Shown: positions 26,769-36,474, numbered from the stretch's first letter. The stretch: DNA of 53,190 nucleotides from Acidobacteriota bacterium (GCA_019244185.1 JAFATB010000008.1:1-53190); one strand, 5' to 3'. The notes: a model not told the origin generated them from the letters alone. Translations and numbers: made by a program.

Positions 26769-28163
26769 TCATGGTCGCAACAACGCCCGCAGTTCCGGCT
26801 GATTCGGATCGAGCGCGAGCGAACGGCGGACCGCATTCTCCGCGGCCTGCTCGTTGCCGAGACAACCTTCCGCCGCCGCGATCGACGCGTACAGCAACGC
26901 GCTCTCGCGACGCACGCCGCGAAAGTCGTCGAGCGCGCCGCGGCAGTCGCGCGCACGCAGTCGCGTCACGCCGCGCGAGGCCAGCAGATCGTCAAGATTC
27001 TGCCGCGGCGATGCGTACGCGGGGTCGAGCCGCAACGCCTCCTCGAACGCGTGCTGCGCCTCGTCGTCGCGACGCTGCTCGCGCAGGATCAAACCTTCGT
27101 TGTTGAACGACTGCGGCGTACGCGTCGACGCGGCGTTACGCGGCGCGGGCGCCGTCGAGGCGAGGTAGCCGAGCGATTTCAACTTCGCGATCTGTTCGTC
27201 AATCGCCCGCGAGGTCGCGGACGCGGGAGTCACGCGCGTGAAGTAGCGGCGATAGTCGAGATCGTTCGGCAAGCCGAGCATCGTGCGCAGCGCCGCGCAG
27301 ACGTCCGCGACATGCATCGGCTCCGCGCGCGTCGCACGCTCGCGCGGCCACGCGAGCCACACGCCTTCCTCGCGATGCCACTTCGCCGCGGTTGCCGTCG
27401 CCGTCGCCGACTCCGCGTGCGCGCCGCCCCAGTCGAAGCCGTGATCGGATGCGACGACGAGCTCCGCGTCATTCGTTTCCGCTGCCTTCCGAAACTCGCG
27501 CAGGAGCGCATCGATGCGATGAAAGTAAGCGCGTGCGGCGTCGATGTTGCCCGACGTGAGATGCCCGATTTCATCGGTGCCCTGGATGTAGACGATGGCG
27601 AGGTCGGGCTGCTGTTCGCGGATCGCCGCGAGCGCGCGGCTCGCGACGAGCTCCGTCGCCGCGCGGTAGTCGCGCGGCAGATCGCGATCGGTGAGCACGA
27701 CTCCCGGCTCCGGCGGATACGTCGCCCACAACCCGAACACCGCCGCGCGCTTGCCGCCGTACCGCGCCATGTTCCACAACGCCGGCACCGCGCGCTCGTC
27801 CGACGTGATCGGTTCCTGCGCGCGCGTCCGCGGATTGAACCGCGTGAAGTCGAGGATGCGATGTTCGAGCGGCGAGACGCCCGTCATCATCGTGGTCCAC
27901 ACCAGCGGCGATAACGGCGGATGCTGCGTCAACAGCACGCGCCGCTCGCCGCGCTCCTCCAACTTCGCGAGCTCGGGCATGGTGCCGTCGGCCGTGAAGC
28001 GATCCAACAGTCGCCAGTCCGCGCCATCCAGTCCGACGAAGACGACGCGCTTCCCTTTCGTCGCGCCATCGACCACGGTCTTCACCGCGCCCGGCGGCAG
28101 GCTCTTCGCGCACGCGCAAATCACCGCCACCAAAACAACGACGATCCTCCGCACGCCCCGCAT
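26769..28163 (-). CDS. alkaline-phosphatase superfamily (phosphodiesterase-like) lipoprotein with C-terminal TPRs
   Basis: Lipobox-like ICAC, GLDGADW, PPLSPLVWTTMMTG, DEIGH, SDHGF and TPR-like ALRLDP/SLALDP. Confidence 0.85.
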   Translation of the reverse strand: MRGVRRIVVVLVAVICACAKSLPPGAVKTVVDGATKGKRVVFVGLDGADWRLLDRFTADGTMPELAKLEERGERRVLLTQHPPLSPLVWTTMMTGVSPLEHRILDFTRFNPRTRAQEPITSDERAVPALWNMARYGGKRAAVFGLWATYPPEPGVVLTDRDLPRDYRAATELVASRALAAIREQQPDLAIVYIQGTDEIGHLTSGNIDAARAYFHRIDALLREFRKAAETNDAELVVASDHGFDWGGAHAESATATATAAKWHREEGVWLAWPRERATRAEPMHVADVCAALRTMLGLPNDLDYRRYFTRVTPASATSRAIDEQIAKLKSLGYLASTAPAPRNAASTRTPQSFNNEGLILREQRRDDEAQHAFEEALRLDPAYASPRQNLDDLLASRGVTRLRARDCRGALDDFRGVRRESALLYASIAAAEGCLGNEQAAENAVRRSLALDPNQPELRALLRP

Positions 28164-28177
28164 TATCCTCGGCAGCC

Positions 28178-28885
28178 ATGCACTCCGTCCGCATCGTCCT
28201 CGTCGAACCGCAGGAAGCCGGCAACGTCGGCGCCGCCGCGCGCGCGATGAAGAATTTCGGCTTCACCGATCTCTGGATCGTCGGCGGCAAGACCGAACGC
28301 ACCGACAACGTGTCCGCTTGGTGGGCCGTCGGCGCGATCGACGTCGTGGAATCGGCGACGCGCGTCCTCACGCTCGAGGAAGCACTCGCCGATTGCCACC
28401 TCACCGTCGCCACCACCGCCATCCGCGGCCGCCAGGTCTACGATCCGCTCACCCCATCCACGACCGCCGACCTCGCCGCCGCATCACTCACCGACGCGCA
28501 CCGCCTCGCCCTCGTCTTCGGCCGCGAGAAATACGGCCTCTCCGGCCGCGAGGTGATGCTCTGCCAACGCACCGCCTCTATCCCCACCTGGCCCGAGTTC
28601 CCCACGATGAACCTCGCGCAGTCCGTCGCGATCTTCTGCTACGAGCTCGGCAAACACACCCGCCCCACCACCCACGACCGCGACCCCGCCCCACATCAAC
28701 TACAAAATCAGTTGCACAACCAAACGCGCGACCTCCTCGCCACGATCGATTTCTTCGGCGAGAAAAACCCCGACCGCATGTGCGCCGAACTCCAAGCCCT
28801 CTCCGGCCGCGTCGCGCTGTCCACCCGCGAAGCGTCGCTACTGCTGGCTCTCGTGCGTAAGTTGGGCAAGAGGGTGACGACGTAG
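28178..28885 (+). CDS. trmJ: SPOUT RNA methyltransferase TrmJ/LasT family
   Basis: IVLVEP..GNVGAAARAMKNFG, LVFGRE.YGL and IPT...MNLAQSV. Confidence 0.9.
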   Translation: MHSVRIVLVEPQEAGNVGAAARAMKNFGFTDLWIVGGKTERTDNVSAWWAVGAIDVVESATRVLTLEEALADCHLTVATTAIRGRQVYDPLTPSTTADLAAASLTDAHRLALVFGREKYGLSGREVMLCQRTASIPTWPEFPTMNLAQSVAIFCYELGKHTRPTTHDRDPAPHQLQNQLHNQTRDLLATIDFFGEKNPDRMCAELQALSGRVALSTREASLLLALVRKLGKRVTT

Positions 28886-29042
28886 AGCGCCTCCGGCGGG
28901 CCGGCGCGGCCGGCAGCGCTGAGGGCATAGCCTAGACGCACGTGCGGCTGCTCTGCGCGTGTTGACGGCAGCCGCACGCGCGTACTGGCTATGCCCTCAG
29001 CGCTGCCGGCCGTGCCGGCCCGCCGGAGGCGCTCCCGGTCGT
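28884..29042. repeat. palindromic REPIN/MITE-like element, copy 2
   Basis: Near reverse complement of 16364-16522. It begins GTAG-AGCGCC, overlapping the trmJ stop. Confidence 0.85.
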
Positions 29043-29052
29043 CTTCTCTCGC

Positions 29053-30123
29053 CTACCTCACGCACGCGATCCAGTAGTCGCTGCGCGTGTCGCAGGCGAG
29101 GCGGGCGAAGCGGAGGCGGGCGAAGCCGGCTTCGCCGAGCATGTACGTGGCGCGTTCGCGGCCCCAGATGCGGCCGAGGGGCTCGCCGTCTTCGGCGAGT
29201 GCGGCGGGGACGGTTTGCAGGGTCGAGAGCGCGTAGAGCATCGGCGCGTGCGGGAGCTCGTCGTTCTTCGCGAGCTGGCTCGATGCGGCGAGCTCCTGCA
29301 TCACGAAGGCGCCGTCGCGGCGGAGAGAGGCGGCGAGGCGGCGGAGCACGAGGCGGGGGAATGCGAGCTCGTGGATCGCGTCGAGAGCGATCACGAGATC
29401 GTAGGCATCGCGTTCTTCGAAGCGGGAGAGATCGTAGAGCTCGAAGCGGATGTTGTGCACGCCTGCTTCGTCGGCGCGTTCGCGGGCGCGGGCGATCATC
29501 GGCGACGAGACGTCGTAGCCGCGGACGATCGCGCGCGGGAAGCGGCGCGCGAGCGCGACGGCGAGTGTGCCGTCGCCGCAGCCCGCGTCGAGGATCGTGC
29601 CTCCGGCGGCGAGGCGCAGGTGGAGGTCGGGGATCAGATCGAGCAGCGCGTCGACGTACTCGTCGTCGATCAGCAGGCGCTTCTCGCCGGCGAGCACTTC
29701 CTGCACGCGCTCGTAGGCTTCGGCGGGGATGCCGCCGCCGCTGCGGAACGCGGTGACCACGAGATCTTCGAGGCCGCCGAGGATGCCGAGGAGTTGCGCG
29801 AAGGGGGCGAGGTTCGCGGAAGAGGCGCCGCGCGTGAGCACGGCCGCGTACTCGATCGGGAGAAAGTACGTCATCGTGCGCGCGTCGTGATCGACGATGT
29901 GCGCGGCGGTCATGGCGGCGAGCCATTCGCGCACGTAGCGTTCGGAGAGGCCGGACGTGCGCGCGATGTCCGCGGAGGTCGCGGGCGGAAGCGCGGCCAT
30001 CACGTCGAAGAGGCCGGTGCGGTGACCGACGCTGAGCATCAGCGCGGTGAACCCGCTGTTGAGGGTGCGCGCGATGCGGGCGGCGTACACGCCCGCGCCT
30101 ACCGAGTCTTCGATCATCGTCAT
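29053..30123 (-). CDS. class I SAM-dependent methyltransferase with N-terminal winged helix (Rv2258c-like)
   Basis: SVGHRTGLFD, GLSERYVREWL, LDAGCGDG and DAIHE. Confidence 0.88.
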   Translation of the reverse strand: MTMIEDSVGAGVYAARIARTLNSGFTALMLSVGHRTGLFDVMAALPPATSADIARTSGLSERYVREWLAAMTAAHIVDHDARTMTYFLPIEYAAVLTRGASSANLAPFAQLLGILGGLEDLVVTAFRSGGGIPAEAYERVQEVLAGEKRLLIDDEYVDALLDLIPDLHLRLAAGGTILDAGCGDGTLAVALARRFPRAIVRGYDVSSPMIARARERADEAGVHNIRFELYDLSRFEERDAYDLVIALDAIHELAFPRLVLRRLAASLRRDGAFVMQELAASSQLAKNDELPHAPMLYALSTLQTVPAALAEDGEPLGRIWGRERATYMLGEAGFARLRFARLACDTRSDYWIACVR

Positions 30124-30195
30124 GGCGGAAATCTAGGGACCCGCGCGGCGGCAATCAGAGTGAAAATGAGGGGAAAGGCTGAAGAAAGCGGCGGA

Positions 30196-31332
30196 ATGTA
30201 CCGTTTCGGTGACTTCGAGCTCGATCTCGACCGCTACGAGCTGCGCCGCGGGGGCGATGCGATCCGCACCGAGCCGCGCGTGCTCGAGCTGCTGCATTAC
30301 CTCATCGAGCGGCGCGACCGCGTCGTGCCGAAGGAAGAGCTGCTCGATTCGTTGTGGCCGGACGTGCACGTGTCGGAGTCGGCGCTCACGTCGACAATCC
30401 GCGATGCGCGGCGCGCGCTCGGCGACGCGCCGTCAGACGCGCGCTGGATCCGCACGATCTACGGCCGCGGCTTCCGCTTCGCCGGCGACGTGCAGCAGAC
30501 CAGCGCCGCGCCCGTCATCGTGCCGCACGCGCAGCGGCGTTCCATCGCCGTGCTGCCGTTCGCGGATCTGAGTCCCGCGCGCGATCAGGCGCACTTCTGC
30601 GACGGCATCGCCGAAGAGCTCATCAACACGCTGGCGCGGCTCGACGAGCTGCGCGTCATCTCGCGCGCAGCGGCGTTCGACTTTCGCGCCGACGACGATC
30701 TCCGCGTCCTCGGCGACAAGCTCGACGTGCACCACATCCTCCGCGGCAGCGTGCGCAAGGCGGACGATCGCCTGCGCATCACCGTGCACCTCGTCGACGT
30801 GCGCAACGGCCATCACGTCTGGTCGGAGAAATACGACCGGCAGACCGGCGACATCTTCGCGCTGCAGGAAGAGATCGCCGAGAACGTCGCGCGCGTGCTC
30901 CTCGGCGTGCTGACGGAACGCAACCGGAACGCGATCAAGTCGACGCCGGTGCGGCTCGACGCATACGAGTTCTATCTGAAAGGCCGCACGTATCTCAGCC
31001 AGCGGGCGCTGGAAGCGGCGATCGGCATGTTCGAGATCGGGCTCGAGTTCGATCGCGACTACGGCCCCGCGTACGCGGGACTCGCGGACGCGCTCGCGGA
31101 GATGGCGGAGCTCGACGGCGATGCGCAGCTCATCGTGCGCGCGGATGCCGCGAGCCAGCGCGCGGTCGAGCTCGCGCCGCATCTCGCGGAGTCGCACATC
31201 AGCCGCGGCCGCGTGCTCGCGCTCGAGAAGCGCTATCGCGACGCGGCGGCGGAGCTGCAGCTCGCGCTCGCGATCAGCCCCGGGTCAGCAGAGGCGCAGG
31301 AGCGCTTGCGGGCACTGGATCCGCACGTATGA
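30196..31332 (+). CDS. OmpR/CadC-type winged-helix regulator with TolB-like and TPR domains
   Basis: YRFGDFELD...KEELLDSLWP...IRTIYGRGFRF, then SIAVLPFADLS...DGIAEELI and TPRs. Confidence 0.9.
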   Translation: MYRFGDFELDLDRYELRRGGDAIRTEPRVLELLHYLIERRDRVVPKEELLDSLWPDVHVSESALTSTIRDARRALGDAPSDARWIRTIYGRGFRFAGDVQQTSAAPVIVPHAQRRSIAVLPFADLSPARDQAHFCDGIAEELINTLARLDELRVISRAAAFDFRADDDLRVLGDKLDVHHILRGSVRKADDRLRITVHLVDVRNGHHVWSEKYDRQTGDIFALQEEIAENVARVLLGVLTERNRNAIKSTPVRLDAYEFYLKGRTYLSQRALEAAIGMFEIGLEFDRDYGPAYAGLADALAEMAELDGDAQLIVRADAASQRAVELAPHLAESHISRGRVLALEKRYRDAAAELQLALAISPGSAEAQERLRALDPHV

Positions 31333-31342
31333 TGCGCCGCTG

Positions 31343-32404
31343 ATGTCACGCCTGTTTACACCGTTCACACTCCGCTCCGTCACGTTCCGCAACCGCCTCT
31401 GGGTCTCGCCGATGTGCCAGTACTCGAGCGACGACGGCCTGCCGAACCACTGGCATCTCGTGCACCTCGGCAGCCGCGCGGTCGGCGGCGCCGGACTCGT
31501 GCTCGTCGAGGCGAGCGGCGTCTCGCCGGAAGGACGGATCACCGCGTGGGACAGCGGCATCTGGTCGGAAGAGCATGCGGATGCGTTTCGGTCGATCGTC
31601 GATTTCGTCGAAGGGAACGGCGCGGTGAGCGGCATTCAGCTCGCACACGCCGGACGCAAGGCATCGACCGATCAGCCGTGGAACGGCGGACGACTGCTCG
31701 TCGACGGACCGCATGCATGGACGCCGCTCGCGCCGAGCGCGATTCCGTTCCGTGCGAGCGATCCGCCGCCGCACGCGCTGACGCTCGCCGAGATCGACGA
31801 AGTCGTCGAGCAGTTCCGCCGCGCGACCGAGCTCGCGTTGCGCGCGGGCTTTCGCGTCGTCGAGATCCACGCGGCGCACGGCTATCTCATCCACGAATTC
31901 CTCTCGCCGCTCGCGAACCGGCGCGACGACGAGTACGGCGGCTCGCTCGAGAACCGCATGCGCTTCGCGTTGCGCGTCACGCGCGCCGTGCGCGAGGCGT
32001 GGCCGGACGAGCTGCCGCTGTTCGTGCGCATCTCCGCGAGCGATTGGGCGGAGGGCGGGTGGGATCTCGCGCAGTCGGTCGAGTTGTGCAAGCGGCTGAA
32101 GGAGCTCGGCGTCGATCTGGTCGACTGCTCGAGCGGCGGCGCGGTGGCGCACGCGAAGATCGAGATCGGGCCGGGATATCAGGTGCCGTTCGCGCGCACG
32201 ATCCGCGCGGAGGCGGACATCGCCACGGGCGCGGTCGGCCTCATCACGACCGCGCATCAGGCGGAAGAGATTCTCGCGAGCGGCGCGGCGGACGCGGTGC
32301 TGCTCGCGCGGCAGATGCTGCGCGATCCTTACTTTCCGCTGCACGCTGCGAAAGAGCTCGGCGACGACGTCAGGTGGCCGGTGCAGTACGACCGCGCAAA
32401 ATAG
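31343..32404 (+). CDS. NADH:flavin oxidoreductase (Old Yellow Enzyme, YqjM/NamA-like)
   Basis: SPMCQYS, QLAHAGRKAS, EIHAAHGYL, N.R.DEYGGS and PVQYDRA. Confidence 0.93.
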   Translation: MSRLFTPFTLRSVTFRNRLWVSPMCQYSSDDGLPNHWHLVHLGSRAVGGAGLVLVEASGVSPEGRITAWDSGIWSEEHADAFRSIVDFVEGNGAVSGIQLAHAGRKASTDQPWNGGRLLVDGPHAWTPLAPSAIPFRASDPPPHALTLAEIDEVVEQFRRATELALRAGFRVVEIHAAHGYLIHEFLSPLANRRDDEYGGSLENRMRFALRVTRAVREAWPDELPLFVRISASDWAEGGWDLAQSVELCKRLKELGVDLVDCSSGGAVAHAKIEIGPGYQVPFARTIRAEADIATGAVGLITTAHQAEEILASGAADAVLLARQMLRDPYFPLHAAKELGDDVRWPVQYDRAK

Positions 32405-32422
32405 GCCGGCGCGGCACGACGC

Positions 32423-32959
32423 TCAAAGTTTGAGCACGAGCTTCGTCATGTCGTGCTGATTGCCGTCCGGATCGGTGCCGTAGCCGCGCTCGATCGTCGA
32501 CGTGAAGCCGAGGCCTTCGAGCGTCTTCACGGCGTCCGCTTCGAGATCGGAGATCAGCATGCAGCTGACGTGGCGCAGGCCACGCTCGCGGGCGATGTTG
32601 ACGAGGTGATTCACGAGCGTCGTGCCGAGGCCGTCGCCGCGGTAGGCGGGATCGAGCATCCACTTGATGCGGCCGACGAGGCGGAGCGGGCCGCCCTTGC
32701 GCAGATGCAGCGTGGCGTCGGCGACGACGTGATGGCCGTCGACGGCGAGGAGCGGGAAGACCTTCGCGTAGTCGATGCTGCGGCCCCACTCCTCGATGAG
32801 CGCGCGGTTGTCGAGGTTGTCCCACGCGAAGCGGCGGTATTCGCCGGGCATGCGGTGGAAGAAGTCGTAGAGCGCGTCGACGTCTTTGTCGGAGAAGGGA
32901 CGGAGCAGCACGCGGCGGCCGTCGCGTAACGCGGCCTCCTGCGGGTAACGATGCGGCAA
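32423..32959 (-). CDS. GNAT acetyltransferase (Pat-like GNAT domain)
   Basis: N-terminus LRDGRRVLLRP, acetyl-CoA motif YRGDGLGT, and an AGGAGG RBS before TTG. Confidence 0.85.
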   Translation of the reverse strand: MPHRYPQEAALRDGRRVLLRPFSDKDVDALYDFFHRMPGEYRRFAWDNLDNRALIEEWGRSIDYAKVFPLLAVDGHHVVADATLHLRKGGPLRLVGRIKWMLDPAYRGDGLGTTLVNHLVNIARERGLRHVSCMLISDLEADAVKTLEGLGFTSTIERGYGTDPDGNQHDMTKLVLKL

Positions 32960-32992
32960 GGGAGACCTCCTCGCTGAAGTGTTGCCGATGCG

Positions 32993-33021
32993 GAAGGACA
33001 GGCGGCGCGCGCCTGTCCTTC
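32993..33021. terminator. GC-rich hairpin between the HU and GNAT genes (no clear U-tract)
   Basis: gaaggacaggcg-gcgcg-cgcctgtccttc. Confidence 0.55.
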
Positions 33022-33038
33022 GACGAGAACCGGACGCC

Positions 33039-33332
33039 TTATTTCTTGATGCCGAGGATCGCGTCTTTCGCGGCCTTGGCGATGCGGAACTTGAGCACCT
33101 TCTTCGCCGGGATCTTGATCGCGGCGCCGGTGGCCGGGTTGCGGCCGGTGCGCGCCTTGCGGTTCACGAGCACGAGCTTGCCGAGACCGGGAAGCGTGAA
33201 GCCCTTCTTCGCTTCCTTGTACGCGACCTCGCTGAGCGCCTCGAGCATGCGCACCGCGGTCTTGCGCGGCACCTCGGCTTCTTCGGCGATGTGATTGATG
33301 AGCTGCGATTTGGTCATGGGACCTGCTGCCAT
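33039..33332 (-). CDS. hup: HU family DNA-binding protein
   Basis: MTKSQLI, LPGLGK and RKARTGRNPATG..IKIPAK. Confidence 0.95.
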   Translation of the reverse strand: MAAGPMTKSQLINHIAEEAEVPRKTAVRMLEALSEVAYKEAKKGFTLPGLGKLVLVNRKARTGRNPATGAAIKIPAKKVLKFRIAKAAKDAILGIKK

Positions 33333-33383
33333 TGGATGATCCGTTCTCCTTTCGACGATTTGTCCGTGCGGACGAGCCGACGC

Positions 33384-33452
33384 AATGTAGCGGCGAACGC
33401 CGCGCGACGCAACGAGTTTTTTTGCGATTTTCGGCCGAATTTCGCGAATTTT
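33384..33452 (-). promoter_or_regulatory. hup promoter with phased upstream A-tracts
   Basis: TTGCGT (33407-12), 17 nt, TACATT (33384-89), with four A-tracts upstream at roughly helical spacing. Confidence 0.65.
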
Positions 33453-33472
33453 CGTGATAGGAAGCGCGGCGC

Positions 33473-34252
33473 ATGCTGCAACGGCTCGCGCGATTCGGTT
33501 ACGTCTCCGTCGGTATCGTCTACGTCCTCGCGGGACTGCTCGCCGCCGCGGCCGCGCGCGGCATGGGCGGCTCGACCGGCGGACAGAAAGGCGCGTTCCA
33601 GTTCGTCCTCCATCAGCCGTTCGGCCGCGCGCTCCTCTTCGTCCTCGCCGCCGGTCTCCTCGGCTACGCGGCCTATCGCTTCGCGAGCGCGTTCGCGGAT
33701 GCGGAGGATCGCGGCAGCGACGCGAAAGGGCTGGCGCTGCGCGCCGGCAGCGCGGGACGCGGCGCGATCTATCTCGGGATCGCGATCGAGGTCGTGCGCC
33801 TCGCGCTGCGCGGCCGCGGCGACAGCGCGGGCGGCGGCGATCAACAGACGCGCCACTGGACCGCGCGCGCAATGGACATGCCGTTCGGCCGCTGGCTCGT
33901 CGGCATTGCCGGTCTCGTCGTGATCGGCTACGCGATCTACCAGATCGCGAAGGCCGTGCGCGGAAAGCTCAGCAAGCAACTGCGCCTCGGCCAGCTCGAC
34001 GCGCGCGTGCGGCGCAAGGTCGCCGCGATCTCGCGCTTCGGCATCGGCGCGCGCGGCATCGTCTTCCTCGTCGCCGGCGGCTCGCTCGTCGTCGCCGCGC
34101 TGCATCACAACCCGCACGCGGCGAAAGGAACCTCGGGCGCGCTGCAGGAGCTCGCGCATCCGCTCGGCGGGTGGCCGCTCGTCTTCGTCGGCTTCGGCCT
34201 CGTCGCGTTCGGCGTCTACTCGTTCGTCAACGCGCGCTACCGGCGGCTCTGA
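33473..34252 (+). CDS. DUF1206-like repeat membrane protein
   Basis: Threefold ARFG..G.VY / RG.IY / SRFG..ARG repeats, with PFGR/PLGG motifs. Confidence 0.85.
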   Translation: MLQRLARFGYVSVGIVYVLAGLLAAAAARGMGGSTGGQKGAFQFVLHQPFGRALLFVLAAGLLGYAAYRFASAFADAEDRGSDAKGLALRAGSAGRGAIYLGIAIEVVRLALRGRGDSAGGGDQQTRHWTARAMDMPFGRWLVGIAGLVVIGYAIYQIAKAVRGKLSKQLRLGQLDARVRRKVAAISRFGIGARGIVFLVAGGSLVVAALHHNPHAAKGTSGALQELAHPLGGWPLVFVGFGLVAFGVYSFVNARYRRL

Positions 34253-36465
34253 GGCACGAGGCGCAACAGCGACGCGCGCTTCGCGAAGACGCGCTCGCGC
34301 GAGAACGGCACGTTCCACTCGCCGCCGTTGCGCATCATGTCGAGAAAATCGTCGTAGTGCGGGCTGAACGGATTGCCGGATTGCCCGAGGGCGCCGTTGA
34401 GCGTGAAGCCGTCGACATTCGACCAGTCGAGCACGAAGCGCATGCTCGGGCCGACATGTGACGCGAACGCGCCGTCGCGATAACCGGCAAAACTCGCATT
34501 GAGGGTTGCGCCGTCGCCGGCCCGCGGGAACGGACCGCGGTCGAGACGCAGAAACCAGTCGAGCACTCTCACGCGCGACAACGGATGGCGGATGCGCAGC
34601 GTGCTCGCCTCGCCCCACGTGCGCCCGCGCGCGACCTTCGCGGCGCGTTGTATCGCACGCGCGGCGATGTCGACGATCGATTCGCGCGCTGGCGTGCGGC
34701 GATCGTCGAGGAGTGGCGAGCGCGTCGTCAGCGCTTGATCGAGCAGCGGCGCGGCGTCGTTCCAATCGCTTCCGAGCTCGTCCTCGAACACCTCGCGCGG
34801 CAGCACGCGCCACCACGTCTCGAACAGCAGCGCGGGCTTGCTGTCGACGCGCACGTTCGTGTCCCACGTCGCGAGGATGCGCGACTCGTCGTAGAGGCCC
34901 GCGCGCTTCGCTCCGGCGACGGCGAGCGAGAGCCAGCGCCGTGCGATGCCGCTGGAGAGATCGAGCTGCATCGCGTGCATGTCGTCGCGCGTGTGCTTCT
35001 CCGCGAGGAGGCCGAGTGCGCGGCCGATGCGCCACGGGTCATAGAAGCCGGGCACCGCGTACGGCCAGCGCGGCGGCACGATCTCGTTGTTGCAGCTCGC
35101 GAGGAATCCTTCCTTCGGGTTGAGGGCGTGCGGCGTTTCGCCGAGCTCGCGATAGCCGCGCCACGCGCTGCGCCGATCGCTCGCGGACTGGCGGAGAAAC
35201 GAGTCGTAGTCGCGGATCGGAATCGGCGCGCCGAGCTGATAGCCGATGTTGCCCGCGCGATCGGAGTAGACCCAGTTTGCGTCGAGCGCACCGAAGCGCG
35301 TGACCGCGCGGCGGAAGTCGTCGAAGTTGCGCGCGTGCTGCAGCGCGACGCCGGCGTCCGTCATCACCGCGGGCGACGCGTCGAACCCCGCCCAGCGCAG
35401 CGACGTCTTGTCGTCGAGCATGACGCCACGCGCGCCCTGGCGCACTTCGATGACGCGCGGCTGCGCCTCCCCTTTCACGCGGATCGCCTCGCGGATCGCG
35501 GGGCCAGTTGCGCGGTCGTCGTAGTAGTCGATGAGATCGATCGAGGCGACGGTGAACGAGAACGCGATCGCGTCGTTGTGCCCCATCACCACGAACGGCC
35601 CGCCCGCGTACGTGACGCCGGCGACGTTCAGCCCTTCATCCGAATGCAGCCCCGCGAGATACCAGAGGCCGGGGATCTGATCGATGGCGAGATGCGGATC
35701 GGACGCGTGCAGCGCGGCGTGGCTCGCGGAGCGCGACGGCGCGAGCACCCACCAGTTCGACGCGCCGGTGACTTTCAAGCGCGAGACGCCGAGGAGGTCG
35801 TCGACATAGGAGGATGAGATTGTCGTCGGCGACCACGGGTGTCCCGCGTGCTCGAGGACGGACGCCGGCATGCCGAGCTTCGCGACGAGCTTCTGATACG
35901 TCTCGTCTTCGTCCATCAGCGCGTGCGAGAACCATGTTTGATAGTTGCTGATGGCGAGCGAGTCTTCGATCGACCACGCGCGCGGATGGAGGCGCAGGAT
36001 CACGAACTCCGGCGGCAGAAGCTTCGCCTGCGCGACCCACGCGTTGACGCCATCCGCATAACGCTGCAAGGCGATGCGCGCGCGCGGCGAAAGCTGCGCG
36101 GCGTTCACGCGACGCGCGAAACCGATGCGCCGCTGAAAGACGTCCGTCTCGTACGCCGCTTCGCCGAAGACTTCCGCGAGCTCGCCGCGCGCGAGGCGTC
36201 GCACGAGCTCCATCTGGAAGAGCCGCTCCGACGCGTGCAGCCAGCCGATCGCGTAGTACGCATCCGCGTCCGTCTTCGCCCAAATCTGCGGAACGCCTTT
36301 CGCGTCGAACGTGATCTCCACCGGCCGCGCGACGTTCGTCGTGACGCTGCCGTCGTAGCGCGCCACCGAGCGCGCGAGCCAGCACCGGCCGCCGAACCAG
36401 AGCACGGCGACGAGCACGACGACGACGGCAACGACGCGACCGAGAACGCGAAACAACGCGCGCAT
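34237..36465 (-). CDS. penicillin acylase family Ntn hydrolase
   Basis: GVPQI, ERLFQME, GASNWW (N-terminal Ser nucleophile), DPHL and GQSGNPFSPHYDD. Confidence 0.92.
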   Translation of the reverse strand: MRALFRVLGRVVAVVVVLVAVLWFGGRCWLARSVARYDGSVTTNVARPVEITFDAKGVPQIWAKTDADAYYAIGWLHASERLFQMELVRRLARGELAEVFGEAAYETDVFQRRIGFARRVNAAQLSPRARIALQRYADGVNAWVAQAKLLPPEFVILRLHPRAWSIEDSLAISNYQTWFSHALMDEDETYQKLVAKLGMPASVLEHAGHPWSPTTISSSYVDDLLGVSRLKVTGASNWWVLAPSRSASHAALHASDPHLAIDQIPGLWYLAGLHSDEGLNVAGVTYAGGPFVVMGHNDAIAFSFTVASIDLIDYYDDRATGPAIREAIRVKGEAQPRVIEVRQGARGVMLDDKTSLRWAGFDASPAVMTDAGVALQHARNFDDFRRAVTRFGALDANWVYSDRAGNIGYQLGAPIPIRDYDSFLRQSASDRRSAWRGYRELGETPHALNPKEGFLASCNNEIVPPRWPYAVPGFYDPWRIGRALGLLAEKHTRDDMHAMQLDLSSGIARRWLSLAVAGAKRAGLYDESRILATWDTNVRVDSKPALLFETWWRVLPREVFEDELGSDWNDAAPLLDQALTTRSPLLDDRRTPARESIVDIAARAIQRAAKVARGRTWGEASTLRIRHPLSRVRVLDWFLRLDRGPFPRAGDGATLNASFAGYRDGAFASHVGPSMRFVLDWSNVDGFTLNGALGQSGNPFSPHYDDFLDMMRNGGEWNVPFSRERVFAKRASLLRLVPQSRR

Positions 36466-36474
36466 CGCGCGAGT

